From assembly GCF_003334305.1 (NCBI RefSeq), contig NZ_QOWS01000001.1: 64,000 nt of DNA; one strand, written 5' to 3'. Origin of the DNA: Escherichia coli (lineage in GTDB: Bacteria > Pseudomonadota > Gammaproteobacteria > Enterobacterales > Enterobacteriaceae). The position numbers and the translations under genes are program-made. The notes below the pieces were generated by a model. That model ran no database searches. It had not been told where the DNA came from and saw only the letters and a program-made list of their open reading frames with translations. Shown one piece after another: positions 1-13,518 of this stretch; positions within the stretch are counted from its first letter, which is position 1; each line of letters starts with the position of its first letter.

Positions 1-889
1 AACCCGCGACGGGCTGTACGTTTGCCTGCGTGAGGGCGAGCGCGAAGGGTGGGGGGAGATCTCCCCACTGCCGGGCTTCAGCCAGGAAACCTGGGAAGAG
101 GCGCAAAGCGTGCTGCTTGCCTGGGTAAATAACTGGCTGGCAGGCGATTGCGAGCTACCGCAGATGCCTTCCGTTGCCTTTGGCGTAAGCTGTGCATTGG
201 CGGAGCTGGCAGATACGCTCCCGCAGGCGGCCAATTACCGTGCGGCACCACTGTGTAATGGCGATCCTGACGATCTGATCCTCAAACTTGCTGATATGCC
301 AGGCGAGAAAGTGGCGAAGGTCAAAGTGGGATTGTACGAAGCCGTGCGCGACGGCATGGTGGTTAATCTGTTGCTGGAGGCAATTCCGGATCTGCATTTG
401 CGTCTTGACGCAAATCGCGCCTGGACACCGCTGAAAGGCCAGCAGTTTGCCAAATATGTTAACCCGGATTATCGCCACCGCATCGCGTTTCTCGAAGAGC
501 CGTGCAAAACCCGCGATGATTCGCGAGCGTTTGTCCGTGAAACCGGCATTGCCATTGCCTGGGATGAAAGCTTGCGCGAGCCGGATTTTGCCTTTGTGGC
601 TGAAGAGGGCGTGCGCGCGGTAGTTATCAAACCCACGCTCACGGGCAGTCTGGAGAAAGTACGCGAGCAGGTACAGGCGGCGCACGCGCTGGGGCTGACG
701 GCGGTGATCAGTTCTTCCATTGAATCGAGCTTAGGCTTAACGCAACTGGCGCGGATTGCCGCCTGGTTAACGCCGGACACCATTCCAGGGCTGGACACGC
801 TGGATCTGATGCAGGCGCAGCAGGTACGTCGCTGGCCGGGTAGCACGCTGCCTGTCGTGGAAGTTGATGCACTGGAGCGGTTGTTATGA
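1..889 (+). CDS. menC: o-succinylbenzoate synthase, 5' end truncated by window edge
   Basis: In-frame translation from position 2 ([26 protein letters not shown]...) matches recalled MenC; stop overlaps menE start (ATGA); menE immediately downstream. Confidence 0.9.
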   Translation, partial: TRDGLYVCLREGEREGWGEISPLPGFSQETWEEAQSVLLAWVNNWLAGDCELPQMPSVAFGVSCALAELADTLPQAANYRAAPLCNGDPDDLILKLADMPGEKVAKVKVGLYEAVRDGMVVNLLLEAIPDLHLRLDANRAWTPLKGQQFAKYVNPDYRHRIAFLEEPCKTRDDSRAFVRETGIAIAWDESLREPDFAFVAEEGVRAVVIKPTLTGSLEKVREQVQAAHALGLTAVISSSIESSLGLTQLARIAAWLTPDTIPGLDTLDLMQAQQVRRWPGSTLPVVEVDALERLL

Positions 890-2241
890 TCTTCTCTGAC
901 TGGCCGTGGCGTCACTGGCGGCAAGTGCGGGGAGAAGCCATCGCCTTACGTCTTAATGACGAGCAACTTAACTGGCGCGAGCTTTGTGCTCGCGTCGATG
1001 AATTAGCCTCAGGCTTTGCGGCGCAGGGCGTTGTTGAGGGCAGCGGCGTGATGTTGCGGGCGTGGAATACGCCGCAAACGCTGCTCGCCTGGCTGGCGTT
1101 ACTGCAATGCGGGGCGCGGGTGTTGCCCGTGAACCCTCAGCTGCCGCAACCGTTGCTTGAAGAATTGCTGCCCAATCTGACGCTGCAATTTGCGCTGGTG
1201 CCGGATGGGGAAAACACGTTTCCGGCGTTAACGTCGCTGCACATTCAGCGGGTTGAAGGCGCACATGCCGCTACGTGGCAGCCGACGCGTCTGTGCTCAA
1301 TGACGTTGACCTCGGGTTCTACCGGGTTGCCGAAAGCCGCTGTCCATACTTATCAGGCCCATCTTGCCAGTGCCGAAGGGGTGTTATCGTTGATTCCGTT
1401 TGGCGATCACGATGACTGGTTGCTCTCTTTACCGCTGTTTCACGTCTCCGGTCAGGGAATTATGTGGCGCTGGTTATACGCTGGTGCGCGGATGACGGTG
1501 CGTGATAAACAGCCATTGGAGCAAATGCTGGCAGGCTGTACTCACGCTTCACTGGTGCCAACACAACTCTGGCGTTTGCTGGTTAACCGCAGTTCCGTTT
1601 CCCTGAAAGCGGTGTTACTTGGCGGCGCGGCTATCCCGGTCGAGTTGACGGAACAGGCGCGCGAGCAGGGGATTCGTTGCTTTTGCGGCTATGGTCTGAC
1701 CGAGTTTGCCTCCACGGTGTGTGCGAAAGAAGCCGACGGCCTGGCAGACGTTGGTTCGCCGCTGCCGGGTCGGGAAGTGAAAATCGTTAATAATGAAGTG
1801 TGGCTGCGGGCTGCCAGTATGGCAGAAGGTTACTGGCGTAACGGGCAACTGGTTTCACTGGTTAATGACGAAGGCTGGTACGCTACGCGCGATCGCGGTG
1901 AGATGCATAATGGCAAGCTGACCATTGTCGGACGTTTAGACAATCTGTTCTTCAGTGGCGGTGAGGGTATTCAGCCGGAAGAAGTCGAGCGTGTTATTGC
2001 TGCACATCCTGCGGTTTTGCAGGTGTTTATCGTTCCCGTTGCCGACAAGGAGTTTGGTCATCGGCCGGTAGCGGTGGTGGAGTATGACCAGCAAACCGTT
2101 GATCTTGGCGAATGGGTGAAAGATAAGCTGGCTCGTTTTCAACAACCGGTGCGCTGGCTGACTTTACCGCCGGAGCTTAAAAACGGCGGTATTAAAATTT
2201 CACGTCAGGCGCTAAAAGAGTGGGTGCAACGTCAGCAATAA
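886..2241 (+). CDS. menE: o-succinylbenzoate-CoA ligase
   Basis: 451-aa ORF with acyl-CoA synthetase motifs ([10 protein letters not shown]); synteny menC-menE-pmrD. Confidence 0.93.
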   Translation: MIFSDWPWRHWRQVRGEAIALRLNDEQLNWRELCARVDELASGFAAQGVVEGSGVMLRAWNTPQTLLAWLALLQCGARVLPVNPQLPQPLLEELLPNLTLQFALVPDGENTFPALTSLHIQRVEGAHAATWQPTRLCSMTLTSGSTGLPKAAVHTYQAHLASAEGVLSLIPFGDHDDWLLSLPLFHVSGQGIMWRWLYAGARMTVRDKQPLEQMLAGCTHASLVPTQLWRLLVNRSSVSLKAVLLGGAAIPVELTEQAREQGIRCFCGYGLTEFASTVCAKEADGLADVGSPLPGREVKIVNNEVWLRAASMAEGYWRNGQLVSLVNDEGWYATRDRGEMHNGKLTIVGRLDNLFFSGGEGIQPEEVERVIAAHPAVLQVFIVPVADKEFGHRPVAVVEYDQQTVDLGEWVKDKLARFQQPVRWLTLPPELKNGGIKISRQALKEWVQRQQ

Positions 2242-2350
2242 TTAACCCTCCGTTTCACTTCTCATTTCTGCCATTCCATTGCCGTTGATAAAGAGTTTAT
2301 CTGTTAATCTGTAAATTGATGTGAAAACTCTTAGCAAACAGGATAATGCA

Positions 2351-2617
2351 ATGGAATGGCTGGTCAAAAAATCGTGCTGCAATAAACAAGATAACAGACA
2401 TGTACTTATGCTCTGCGATGCTGGCGGCGCGATAAAAATGATCGCCGAAGTGAAGAGTGACTTCGCCGTGAAAGTGGGGGATTTACTCTCGCCTTTGCAG
2501 AATGCGCTTTATTGTATTAATCGTGAAAAGCTGCATACGGTGAAAGTCCTCTCGGCAAGCAGTTATAGCCCCGATGAGTGGGAACGGCAGTGTACAGCGG
2601 CAGGGAAAACTCAGTAA
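2351..2617 (+). CDS. pmrD: signal transduction protein PmrD (88 aa)
   Basis: ORF 2321..2617; recalled PmrD starts [15 protein letters not shown] at residue 11 of the track ORF. Confidence 0.85.
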   Translation: MEWLVKKSCCNKQDNRHVLMLCDAGGAIKMIAEVKSDFAVKVGDLLSPLQNALYCINREKLHTVKVLSASSYSPDEWERQCTAAGKTQ

Positions 2618-2997
2618 CGTTGTTTTGTCGTGGGCAGGAAAATCAGCATCAACCCGCTCATAATACAGGCTACTCCCAGTAGTGCTTTCAGCGAAAAAGT
2701 CCCTTCCCAGCCGGGAAGTACCATTGAAGCAATCCATACCAGCACATAACTCATACTGAGCAAGGCATAGGCTTTGCTTAGCGCAAGTTTATGTAGCGTT
2801 TTATACCAACAAAAAACGGAAAGCAGATAACCCAGCAGCCCGAGTAACAGTATCCGGGCATCCAGGCCAAAAGCTAACAGAGCCGCGATAAAATCCCATA
2901 AGTGCGTCATCGGCGGCAGATGACTTGCCGCAAAACCCAGGCTTAATTGCGCAACTGAGGCAATAATGACGCTGAATAATCCCCATATCAGGCCCAT
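2611..2997 (-). CDS. arnF: undecaprenyl-phosphate-aminoarabinose flippase subunit ArnF (128 aa)
   Basis: Start MGLIWGLFS at residue 95 of track ORF 2611..3279; small multi-TM protein; 1-nt overlap with arnE. Confidence 0.85.
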   Translation of the reverse strand: MGLIWGLFSVIIASVAQLSLGFAASHLPPMTHLWDFIAALLAFGLDARILLLGLLGYLLSVFCWYKTLHKLALSKAYALLSMSYVLVWIASMVLPGWEGTFSLKALLGVACIMSGLMLIFLPTTKQRY

Positions 2998-3332
2998 TAC
3001 ACCGTACTCCCGAGGATCACAATGCCACCAATAATGAACGCCACCCCACACCAGTGACGCGGCGATACCGGTTCGTGCCACAGTTTTACTGCAGCCAGCG
3101 TCACCCAGACAAAATTCAGACTTAACATCGGGTAGGCAATGCCTACCGGTACGTTCTGCAAGACCAGCAGCCAGAGCACCATGGCAAGACCAAGACAAGC
3201 CAGCGCCAGTCCCAGCCACAGCACGATATGTTTGCGCCGTTTGTTTATCGCCACAAAGCAGGTTGCCTGTTTCTGACACAACTGCCCGGCAACGCTAAGC
3301 AAGCTGGCAAAGACTAATGTTAGCCAGATCAT
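2997..3332 (-). CDS. arnE: flippase subunit ArnE (111 aa)
   Basis: 111-aa hydrophobic ORF between arnT and arnF; overlaps arnT stop. Confidence 0.88.
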
Positions 3333-4981
3333 TTGGGACGATACTGAATCAGCACCAGACGCTCCTGACGATCGATGGCATCTGCGGGCGGAATGGCGAG
3401 ACTGTTGATATCTTCATCGCGGTCAACCGAAAGCACGAGAGTAATAATCCCCTCCTGACGATGTTGATTAAGCCAGTTTGCGAACTCATCACCGCTGACA
3501 AATCTCCCTTTCGCATCCGGATAATTAAGGCCGTATTTCAACTCACCTGTCTGGCGATACATGATGATGTCATCGCGTTGCAGGCTCCATGCCAGACCTG
3601 CGGCAACACCGACGCTATCAGTAAGAATATAGCGGCTTGGCTGAAGTGATTCTTGTGTCATCTCGACAAAAAATTGCGGATGTTTTCCTTCCATAACTCT
3701 GTCAGGAATTGAAAATCCTACCAGCAACGCCAGCCCCAGCGGGCAAAGCGCGGCAAAAGGCCAGGTCTTTTCGACGTTTGTTAAGGTGTACCAGCCGAAA
3801 AATGCCCATAGCGAAAAAATCGACCAGGCACAAAAGACTTTATAGCTCTCGAAGGTTTGCCACACCGGCGTGTTCATTGGTCCCCACGGGGAGACCACAA
3901 ATGTGGCAATAATGCCAGTGACGCCAAAAGCGATGTTAATCCAGCCATTAATCCGCAGCGCCAGAGGATTATTTTTTGCTGCCAGCAAAGCGTAATGCGC
4001 CATCAGCATTGCCAGAGATGCAAAGCAGGAAAGAATATAGGTGGGCAATTTACCTTTAGCGACGGAGAAAAACAGCAGCGGCATTATCGTCCAGCTCAAC
4101 AAATAGACGGTTGCGGAATGCTTGCGGTTTTTCCAGCCTGTGTACAGTGCACCGGGGAGTAATCCCAGCCACGGCAGGCTACCGGCAATGATGACCGGCA
4201 CGTAGTACCAGAACGGAGCTCTATGTTGGGCATCATCCAGTGCAAAGCGTTGAATATGCTCAACCCAGAAAAAATAGTGCCAGAAGTCAGGCTCCCGCTG
4301 CGCTATCGCCAGTCCCCAAGGGAGAACCGTCAGTACGCAACTGATAACCGCCAGCCAGCCGTAAATAAAGAGATCTTTCCAGCGTTTTTGCGTCGCTACC
4401 CATGGCAGCACGCTTAATACCGGCACGGCAAGGGCGAGAAAACCTTTGGTCATCACCCCCATGCCGCAGGTGATTCCCAGCAGTAAAAATCCTGCGCTTT
4501 TGCCTTTCCACGTCTGTGCCTGCATTGCCAGCCAGAAGCTGCACATTCCCGCCACCAGCCAGAATGCAATAAACGGATCGAGCACGGCATAAGTGCCGAT
4601 GGCATAGACAATAAACAATGAGAGATAAATTACTGTGGCGAGTAGAGCCAGACGTTTATCGCGCCATAAGCGCAGAGTAAACCAGGTCACCAGCGCGGCA
4701 GTTAACAGGGTCGCAAAGATAACGCCTGCCCGCACACCAAAGTTATTCGCGCCAAATAGCCATTGCCCAATGCTGTTAATCCAGTATCCGGCAATGGGTT
4801 TTTCGAAATAACGTAGCCCTAACAGATGGGGCACAATCCAGTCGCCGGATGCCAGCATTTCTCGACTGATTTCCGCATAACGCGTTTCATCGGGTTGCCA
4901 GAGCAGACGCGTGCTGATCGGTAACAGGTAATAGCAGGCAATAAACGCGAAGAGGCCGATAAGGTAACGTACCGATTTCAT
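3329..4981 (-). CDS. arnT: undecaprenyl phosphate-alpha-L-Ara4N transferase (lipid A modification)
   Basis: 550-aa polytopic membrane ORF; synteny in arn operon. Confidence 0.93.
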
Positions 4982-5871
4982 CAGCGACTACCCGCAATTT
5001 GTTGGCAACCCAGCCAGCCTTCACGTCCGGCAATATTTCCGCGAACAACTTGTCCGAGCGGCAACGTCTCTGATAACAGTTCGCTTAAAGGGCAAAATGT
5101 CACGCCTTCCTGAGCTGCGCGTTTGAGGAGATCCACAAAATTATGCTGATAAGCGCAGCCTTCAACTTCTGCATGAATGGTATAAACCGGCGTGCCTTTA
5201 TCTCGCAGGATGCGGTTGAGTAACCAACCGTTAAAATCTTCTGCTTTCACATCCCGACCAATCACTTCATCCCAGGTGGGTAAGGTCACCGGAATTTGCG
5301 CAGTGCCAGGGTTTCCTGATTCGAGCAATGGACGGAACGGCATGGCCCCACGACAATCGCTGTTGTAGCGCAAATGGAACGCTTCTTTTGCTTCGATCAC
5401 CTTCTGGTCGGCACGCCAGCCCGCAGCGGCAGAACAGGTTACCGGTTGACCGATAATCTCTTCCAGAGTGCGAAGACCGCGTGCAATATCGTCGATCATT
5501 GTTTGCCGATCCCAGTTACTGCTACGGGCTTGCCAGGCATGGTGATCCCAGGCGTGCAGGCCGACTTCGTGATGTTTAGCCGCTTCACGAATGATATCGG
5601 CATTGGCATGACCAATCTCTTTACCTGGCCAGGCCGTACCTGCCAGTAAAATATCCCAGCCATAAAGCGATGCCGCATTTGAGCGCAGCATCTTCCACAA
5701 AAACTGTGGCTTCACCAGTCGCCAGAGATGGCGGCCCATATTGTCCGGGCCGACGCTGAAAAAAATGCTGGCCTGAATATTATGCTTACTCAAGATTTCC
5801 AGCAGACGCGGCACGCCTTCACGGGTGCCACGAAAGGTATCGACATCAATGCGTAAGCCTACTTTGGTCAT
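4981..5871 (-). CDS. arnD: 4-deoxy-4-formamido-L-arabinose-phosphoundecaprenol deformylase
   Basis: 296-aa ORF, polysaccharide deacetylase-like; overlaps arnT start and arnA stop. Confidence 0.92.
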
Positions 5872-7849
5872 GATGGTTTATCCGTAAGATCAACGGTGCG
5901 CAGGAAGAAATCCAGCGTTTCGTCGATGGTTTCCTGCATATCAATTTTCGGCTCCCAGTCCAGGCAGCGGTGGGCATTGCGGATGCTCGGTTTACGATGC
6001 TCTACGTCCTGATATCCTTTGCCGTAGTAGCTGCTACTTTCGACAACGCGAAAGCCCGCAAACGGTGGGAAATGATGGCGCAGCGGATGTTTTTCGAAGC
6101 TCGCCAGCAGCATCTCGCCCAGTTCCTCAATGCTCGCTTCGTTCTCAGGATTGCCAATGTTGATAATTTCACCGTCGCAGCGATTTCCCGCATTTTCGAT
6201 AATGCGGTATAACGCCTCGATACCATCGCGAATATCAGTAAAGCAGCGTTTTTGTTTTCCGCCATCAATCAGCTTAATCGGTGAACCTTCTACCAGATTG
6301 AGAATGAGTTGCGTAATAGCGCGGGAGCTGCCGATTCGTGCCGCATTAAGGTTATCCAGTCGCGGTCCCATCCAGTTAAACGGGCGGAAGAGGGTGAACT
6401 GTAAACCCTCTTTTTCGCCATAGGCCCAGATCACCCGATCAAGTAATTGTTTTGATACCGAATAAATCCAGCGTGGTTTATTCACCGGGCCGACGATTAA
6501 ATTAGAATGGTCCTCATCGAAGTATTTATCGCTACACATCCCATAAACTTCTGAAGTTGACGGGAAGATGATTCGCTTACGGTACTTCACGCAGTAGCGG
6601 ATAATGCGCAGATTCTCTTCAAAATCGAGTTCAAATACGCGCAGCGGGTTGCGGGTATATTCAATCGGCGTGGCTATCGCCACCAGCGGCAAGACGACAT
6701 CACATTTTTTGACATGATACTCAATCCATTCGGAATGAATACTGATATCGCCTTCAACAAAGTGAAAATGCGGATGATTCAGAAAACGGCTTATCGCATC
6801 GCTGCCAATATCCAGACCGTAAACTTCATAATGATCTTCGCGCAGCAGGCGTTCTGTCAGATGGTTGCCAATAAAGCCATTCACCCCGAGGATGAGTACC
6901 CGGGTACGGCGTCGGGCGGTGCAGGCAGGCTGGCTATTCAAGCGTGAACCTTGCACCAGGCCCAGCGTCTGCGCTAATTGCGAGCCCTGCATAGTAATGC
7001 CGTCGCCCGCCTGTCCGGTGACGATTTCCAGCGCGCCATCGCCACAGGCAATCAGCAGTGGCGCAACAGAAATCACGCTCCCCGGCTGTGCTTTGCTGGC
7101 ATGAGGATGAACACGCGACGACCAGACGGTGAATTTCTGATTGCCAACATAGCTGAAGGCACCCGGCCACGGATCGGCAACGGCACGTACCATGTTGTGC
7201 AGTACGGATGCCGGTTTATGCCATTCAAGGAAACTGTCATCCGGCGTTCTGCGACCAAAACAGGTGGCTTCGTTTTCGCGCTGGGCGATTTCCAGAATAT
7301 TACCGTGTTTAATGGCGGGTAATGTCTGTTCCAGTAGCTGGCGCGCGGCATGGCACAATTTATGATGCAGCGTAATAGCGATATCGTCTGGCGCAATGGC
7401 AATGCGCAGTTGCGCCACAATGGCCCCGGCATCGGCACGTTTCACCATTCGGTGCAATGTAACGCCAGTTTCCGTTTCACCGTTGACCAGCACCCAGTTC
7501 AGCGGCGCGCGACCACGATATTTTGGTAACAGCGAACCATGCAGATTAAATGCACCTGCGGGAGCGAGCTGCAAAATTTCGTCGCAAATAAGATGGCGAT
7601 AATAAAAAGAGAAAATCACATCTGGCGACAGTTGGGCAATGCGTTCCACCCACAGCGGATGATTAACGTCATCCGGCGCATAAACCGGAATGCCTCTTTC
7701 CGCTGCCAGACGAGCCACCGAACCATAAAAGGCTTTTTCACCGGGATTATCGGTATGGGTAAAAATGGCGCTAATTTCGTAACCGGCAGCCAGCAGAGCT
7801 TCAATACCGAGGCATCCCATATCGTGGTAGGCAAAAACGACGGTTTTCA

Positions 7850-7850
<1 letters not shown>
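5868..7850 (-). CDS. arnA: bifunctional UDP-glucuronate decarboxylase / UDP-Ara4N formyltransferase
   Basis: 660-aa ORF with N-terminal formyltransferase and C-terminal NAD-dependent dehydrogenase regions. Confidence 0.94.
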
Positions 7851-8821
<971 letters not shown>

Positions 8822-9979
8822 TTATTGTCCTGCGAGTTGCTGAAGGGCTGTGATGACACGGTCGGCATCGGCGGTAGTCATATCCGGGAACAGCGGCAAA
8901 GAACAGATGCGTTCGCTATTCCATTCGGTATTCGGTAACGACAGCGTGGGAAAACGCTCGCGATAATATTTTTGTGTGTGAGCGGCGCGGAAATGTAACC
9001 CGGTACCAATGCCTCTTTCTTTTAACGCTTCCATCAACGCATCGCGACTGATACCACAACGTTGTTCATCGACACGAATAATAAACAGATGCCAGGCGTG
9101 AACGTGCGGCCAGGCGGGAAGGCTTAATGGCTGAAAGGGGAGAGCTGCCAGTGCTTGCTGATATTGCTGGGCAATTTCGCGCCGACGGGTGTTGAGGTGC
9201 TCTAATTTTGCTAACTGTGTCAGGGCAATTGCGGCGTTAATATCGGTCAGATTGTACTTATAGCCCGGTGTTAAGACTTCAGCCTGCGGTGCACGGCCCC
9301 AGGTTTGTCTGTCATAGGCATCGACACCCAGACCGTGAAATTTCAGCATCCGTAGCTGGCGGGCAAGGTTTTCATTATCAGTTACAATCAGGCCACCTTC
9401 CGCACAGGTAATATTTTTAATGGCATGAAATGAAAAAATAGCGGTACCTTTTGCGCCAATATGTCGCCCTTTGTAATACGTACCGACGGCATGGGCAGCA
9501 TCTTCGATAACTGCGATGCCGTAACGTTCGCCAATGGCGCGAATGGCGTCAATATCTGCTGGCGCACCGGCATAATGCACCGGAATGATGGCTTTAGTGC
9601 GTGGCGTTATGGCTGACTCGATCGCTTCAGGCGTGACCATCAGCGTATCGCGGTCGACATCCACCATTACCGGCGTTGCACCCAACAAGGAAATCATATT
9701 GAGGGTTGAAACCCAGGTCAGGGAAGGCGTAATCACTTCATCGCCCTTGCCAATTTCCAACGCCATTAGCGTGATATGCATTCCAGCGGTGGCTGAACTG
9801 ACCGCGATGGCATGCTGATTTCCCGTCAACTGGCAAAAGGCTTGCTCAAGCGCCTGATTCTTCGGACCGGTTGTGATCCAACCGGATTCGAGAACCTCTT
9901 TAACTGCAGCGAGTTCCTCCACGCCCATTGCTGGTCGCGAAAAAGGCAAAAATTCTGACATTGCTTTTCCTTCCGCCAT
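8822..9979 (-). CDS. arnB: UDP-4-amino-4-deoxy-L-arabinose--oxoglutarate aminotransferase
   Basis: DegT/aminotransferase-like ORF; start taken at [10 protein letters not shown] (residue 6 of track ORF). Confidence 0.9.
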
Positions 9980-10059
9980 TGAATACCTGTCCACTTATAT
10001 TTGCTATAAAGAGTGTTGTGTATATTTTGCCATTTGGAGCGAAATTTTAAGGATAGAAT

Positions 10060-10076
10060 ATTAACTTAACCTTAAG
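10060..10076 (-). promoter_or_regulatory. putative PmrA(BasR) box in arnB promoter: CTTAAG-N5-GTTAAT on arnB strand
   Basis: Direct hexamer repeat cttaag/gttaat with 5-bp spacer about 80-95 bp upstream of arnB ATG; resembles recalled PmrA half-site repeat. Confidence 0.45.
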
Positions 10077-10268
10077 AAACTAATATTAGACGTAAATATT
10101 GAAATTTTTATATTTTTTCTTATTTAGGCTTTGCATTTGGCAAAATTTTGAGGCATTTTGCCGACATCGTAGGATTTTTAATATTACACCAACTGCTAAT
10201 TATCGCCAGAAATGTCGCTCAATTTTACGGTAATTGTCTGGTTGCGCTTGTCTATAGGTGGAGTTTAC

Positions 10269-10871
10269 GTGTTAGCTTTTTGCCGCTCATCATTGAAGTC
10301 AAAAAAATATTTCATCATTTTACTGGCGCTCGCTGCAATTGCCGGACTGGGTACTCATGCCGCCTGGAGTAGCAATGGTTTGCCACGTATCGACAATAAA
10401 ACATTGGCCAGACTGGCACAGCAGCACCCGGTTGTCGTTTTGTTTCGCCATGCTGAACGTTGCGATCGTTCAACCAATCAATGCTTGTCAGATAAAACAG
10501 GTATTACGGTTAAAGGTACCCAGGATGCCCGTGAACTGGGCAACGCTTTTAGCGCTGACATCCCTGATTTCGATCTTTATTCCAGTAATACCGTCCGGAC
10601 CATTCAGTCGGCGACCTGGTTTTCCGCGGGTAAAAAGCTGACGGTAGATAAACGACTTCTTCAGTGCGGTAATGAGATTTATAGTGCAATTAAGGACTTA
10701 CAAAGCAAAGCGCCTGATAAAAATATCGTTATTTTCACCCATAATCATTGCCTGACATATATTGCTAAAAATAAGCGTGATGCGACATTTAAACCTGATT
10801 ATCTGGATGGTTTAGTCATGCATGTGGAAAAAGGCAAAGTTTATCTGGATGGGGAATTCGTTAACCACTAA
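10269..10871 (+). CDS. ais: lipopolysaccharide core heptose(II)-phosphate phosphatase Ais (200 aa, GTG start)
   Basis: Matches recalled Ais from [18 protein letters not shown]; histidine phosphatase motif RHAER; divergent from arnB. Confidence 0.88.
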   Translation: MLAFCRSSLKSKKYFIILLALAAIAGLGTHAAWSSNGLPRIDNKTLARLAQQHPVVVLFRHAERCDRSTNQCLSDKTGITVKGTQDARELGNAFSADIPDFDLYSSNTVRTIQSATWFSAGKKLTVDKRLLQCGNEIYSAIKDLQSKAPDKNIVIFTHNHCLTYIAKNKRDATFKPDYLDGLVMHVEKGKVYLDGEFVNH

Positions 10872-10881
10872 ATTTTCAATC

Positions 10882-10903
10882 TGACAGCCAGTGATGGCTG
10901 TCA
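10882..10903. terminator. hairpin between convergent ais and nudI (possible bidirectional terminator)
   Basis: Inverted repeat tgacagcca/tggctgtca with 4-nt loop in the 38-bp convergent intergenic gap. Confidence 0.4.
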
Positions 10904-10909
10904 TCATTG

Positions 10910-11335
10910 TTAAAGAAGACCTTTCAAACGTAACGTTTTTCGGGTGGCAACATTTAAATCATAATGCACCAGATCTTCAGGTTTTACCCACGCGTAGTCC
11001 TGAAACTCTTCGTTTATTTTCACTTCTCGGTTGGCAGAAACGCAGTCAAAAATCAGGTAAATCATATAAATCTCTTCCTTGCGACCATCTGCATACGTCT
11101 TGGTGCGAATATCATCGCTGAAGGTCCACGGCGTGATTTCTGTCAAAAGCAGCTGTTCTCCCAGTTCTTCGCGAATTTCGCGGCGTAGTGCCTCTTCAAT
11201 TCGTTCGCCAGACTCCACGCCGCCACCCGAAAGCGCCCATTGACCGGGGAAAACGCCGCGATCGTCGGCCATTTTACACAGCAAATAAGCACCATCATTT
11301 TGAATCAAAGGGCATACAATAGTCCGTTGTCGCAT
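10910..11335 (-). CDS. nudI: nucleoside triphosphatase NudI (Nudix, 141 aa)
   Basis: Start [12 protein letters not shown] at residue 33 of track ORF; Nudix box [14 protein letters not shown]. Confidence 0.9.
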   Translation of the reverse strand: MRQRTIVCPLIQNDGAYLLCKMADDRGVFPGQWALSGGGVESGERIEEALRREIREELGEQLLLTEITPWTFSDDIRTKTYADGRKEEIYMIYLIFDCVSANREVKINEEFQDYAWVKPEDLVHYDLNVATRKTLRLKGLL

Positions 11336-11613
11336 AGGGGTATTCCTTATAAATAAAAAGAAACCATGAGAATACGGTAACTCAGAAATATGTGAAAGTG
11401 ACAGTAATCTCTTTTGCAATGATAACTGCACTTATTATTATTTTTGTGTGTATCGGTAAAGTGTGTTTATTTTTTCGGCGTTTAATTATTTAAGAAGTAT
11501 TTAGTTACAATAAGTGACTAGATCCCTTTTTTCGCTCATTGAATCCTCTGTGCCAGGCAGTACAATCCCGCAGCTTTGGGAATTTTGATTAATTGCTTGT
11601 GGGAAAGGGGATA

Positions 11614-12156
11614 ATGAAAAAAATTGCGCTAGCAGGTCTGGCCGGAATGCTGTTGGTTTCTGCATCGGTCAATGCAATGAGCATCAGCGGCCAGGCGGGT
11701 AAAGAATACACCAATATTGGTGTCGGTTTTGGGACTGAATCGACGGGCCTGGCTTTAAGCGGTAACTGGACACATAACGACGACGACGGTGACGTCGCGG
11801 GCGTGGGGCTGGGGTTGAATCTGCCTCTCGGGCCGTTAATGGCGACCGTTGGCGGAAAAGGCGTTTACACCAACCCGAATTACGGCGATGAAGGTTATGC
11901 CGCAGCGGTAGGAGGTGGTTTGCAGTGGAAAATTGGCAACAGCTTCCGTTTGTTTGGCGAGTATTACTACTCTCCGGATTCGCTCTCCAGCGGTATTCAA
12001 AGTTATGAGGAAGCGAATGCTGGCGCGCGTTACACCATTATGCGTCCAGTCAGTATTGAGGCGGGTTATCGCTACCTGAATCTGTCGGGTAAAGACGGTA
12101 ACCGCGACAACGCCGTGGCTGACGGCCCGTATGTTGGGGTTAACGCCAGTTTCTGA
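11614..12156 (+). CDS. yfaZ: outer-membrane protein YfaZ (180 aa)
   Basis: Signal peptide MKKIALAGLAGMLLVSASVNA, C-terminal aromatic residue (F), synteny. Confidence 0.85.
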   Translation: MKKIALAGLAGMLLVSASVNAMSISGQAGKEYTNIGVGFGTESTGLALSGNWTHNDDDGDVAGVGLGLNLPLGPLMATVGGKGVYTNPNYGDEGYAAAVGGGLQWKIGNSFRLFGEYYYSPDSLSSGIQSYEEANAGARYTIMRPVSIEAGYRYLNLSGKDGNRDNAVADGPYVGVNASF

Positions 12157-12164
12157 TCCCTTCC

Positions 12165-12185
12165 GGCGCGGCATTCTGTCGCGCC
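12165..12185 (+). terminator. putative yfaZ terminator hairpin
   Basis: ggcgcg / cgcgcc stem with 9-nt loop just downstream of yfaZ stop, followed by moderately T-rich tract. Confidence 0.4.
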
Positions 12186-12255
12186 ATTCAGTTTCTTACT
12201 ACGCCTTATCTCCCTTTGCGTTATAGTGATTCGATAACAAAAGCAGGAGATAACC

Positions 12256-13458
12256 ATGTTAAAAGTGGAAATGCTATCCACCGGGGATGAAGTGTTACAC
12301 GGGCAAATCGTTGACACTAACGCTGCCTGGCTGGCCGATTTTTTCTTTCATCAGGGGCTGCCATTATCTCGCCGCAATACGGTGGGGGATAACCTTGATG
12401 ACTTAGTCACCATTCTTCGCGAACGTAGTCAGCACGCCGATGTGCTGATCGTTAACGGCGGGCTGGGACCGACCAGCGATGATTTAAGCGCACTCGCCGC
12501 TGCGACAGCAAAAGGTGAAGGCATGGTGCTGCATGAAGCCTGGCTCAAAGAGATGGAACGCTATTTCCACGAACGTGGACGAGTAATGGCACCGAGCAAC
12601 CGTAAACAAGCGGAGCTGCCTGCCAGTGCTGAATTTATCAATAACCCGGTAGGCACCGCCTGTGGTTTTGCCGTGCAGCTTAATCGTTGCCTGATGTTCT
12701 TTACTCCCGGCGTACCGTCAGAATTTAAGGTGATGGTCGAGCACGAAATCCTGCCGCGTCTGCGCGAGCGTTTTTCTTTACCACAGCCGCCGGTTTGTCT
12801 GCGTTTAACTACCTTTGGTCGTTCGGAAAGCGATCTGGCACAAAGCCTGGACACTCTACAACTGCCGCCGGGCGTAACAATGGGCTATCGCTCTTCAATG
12901 CCGATTATCGAACTGAAACTCACCGGACCGGCAAGCGAGCAACAGGCGATGGAAAAACTGTGGCTGGACGTTAAACGTGTTGCCGGACAGAGCGTGATTT
13001 TCGAAGGCACCGAAGGACTGCCCGCGCAGATCAGTCGCGAATTGCAAAACCGCCAGTTCAGCCTGACGTTGAGCGAGCAATTCACCGGTGGTTTATTGGC
13101 TTTGCAACTTTCTCGCGCAGGTGCTCCATTGCTGGCGTGTGAAGTGGTTCCTTCACAGGAAGAAACCCTGGCGCAAACTGCGCACTGGATTACAGAACGG
13201 CGGGCCAACCATTTTGCCGGGCTGGCACTGGCTGTTTCGGGTTTCGAGAACGAACATCTCAACTTTGCGCTAGCCACACCAGACGGCACTTTCGCTCTGC
13301 GTGTGCGTTTCAGCACTACGCGCTACAGCCTGGCTATCCGTCAGGAAGTGTGCGCAATGATGGCACTGAATATGCTGCGCCGTTGGTTAAACGGCCAGGA
13401 TATCGCCAGTGAGCATGGCTGGATTGAGGTTATTGAGTCCATGACCTTATCTGTCTGA
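12256..13458 (+). CDS. yfaY: CinA-like competence/damage-inducible family protein (400 aa)
   Basis: 400-aa ORF starting MLKVEMLSTGDEVLHGQIVDTN, molybdopterin-binding CinA-like N-terminus; synteny. Confidence 0.88.
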   Translation: MLKVEMLSTGDEVLHGQIVDTNAAWLADFFFHQGLPLSRRNTVGDNLDDLVTILRERSQHADVLIVNGGLGPTSDDLSALAAATAKGEGMVLHEAWLKEMERYFHERGRVMAPSNRKQAELPASAEFINNPVGTACGFAVQLNRCLMFFTPGVPSEFKVMVEHEILPRLRERFSLPQPPVCLRLTTFGRSESDLAQSLDTLQLPPGVTMGYRSSMPIIELKLTGPASEQQAMEKLWLDVKRVAGQSVIFEGTEGLPAQISRELQNRQFSLTLSEQFTGGLLALQLSRAGAPLLACEVVPSQEETLAQTAHWITERRANHFAGLALAVSGFENEHLNFALATPDGTFALRVRFSTTRYSLAIRQEVCAMMALNMLRRWLNGQDIASEHGWIEVIESMTLSV

Positions 13459-13518
13459 TTCCGCCACTCTGTGCCGGTTTACTGCACCGGCACATTCCCC
13501 CTCCGGCAAAACTTGTCC

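Noticed and set aside
10148-10641. ORFs 10148..10372 and 10339..10641 overlapping the ais region
   Set aside because: Alternate-frame ORFs overlapping the well-supported ais coding frame and its promoter; no RBS or conservation argument supports them.
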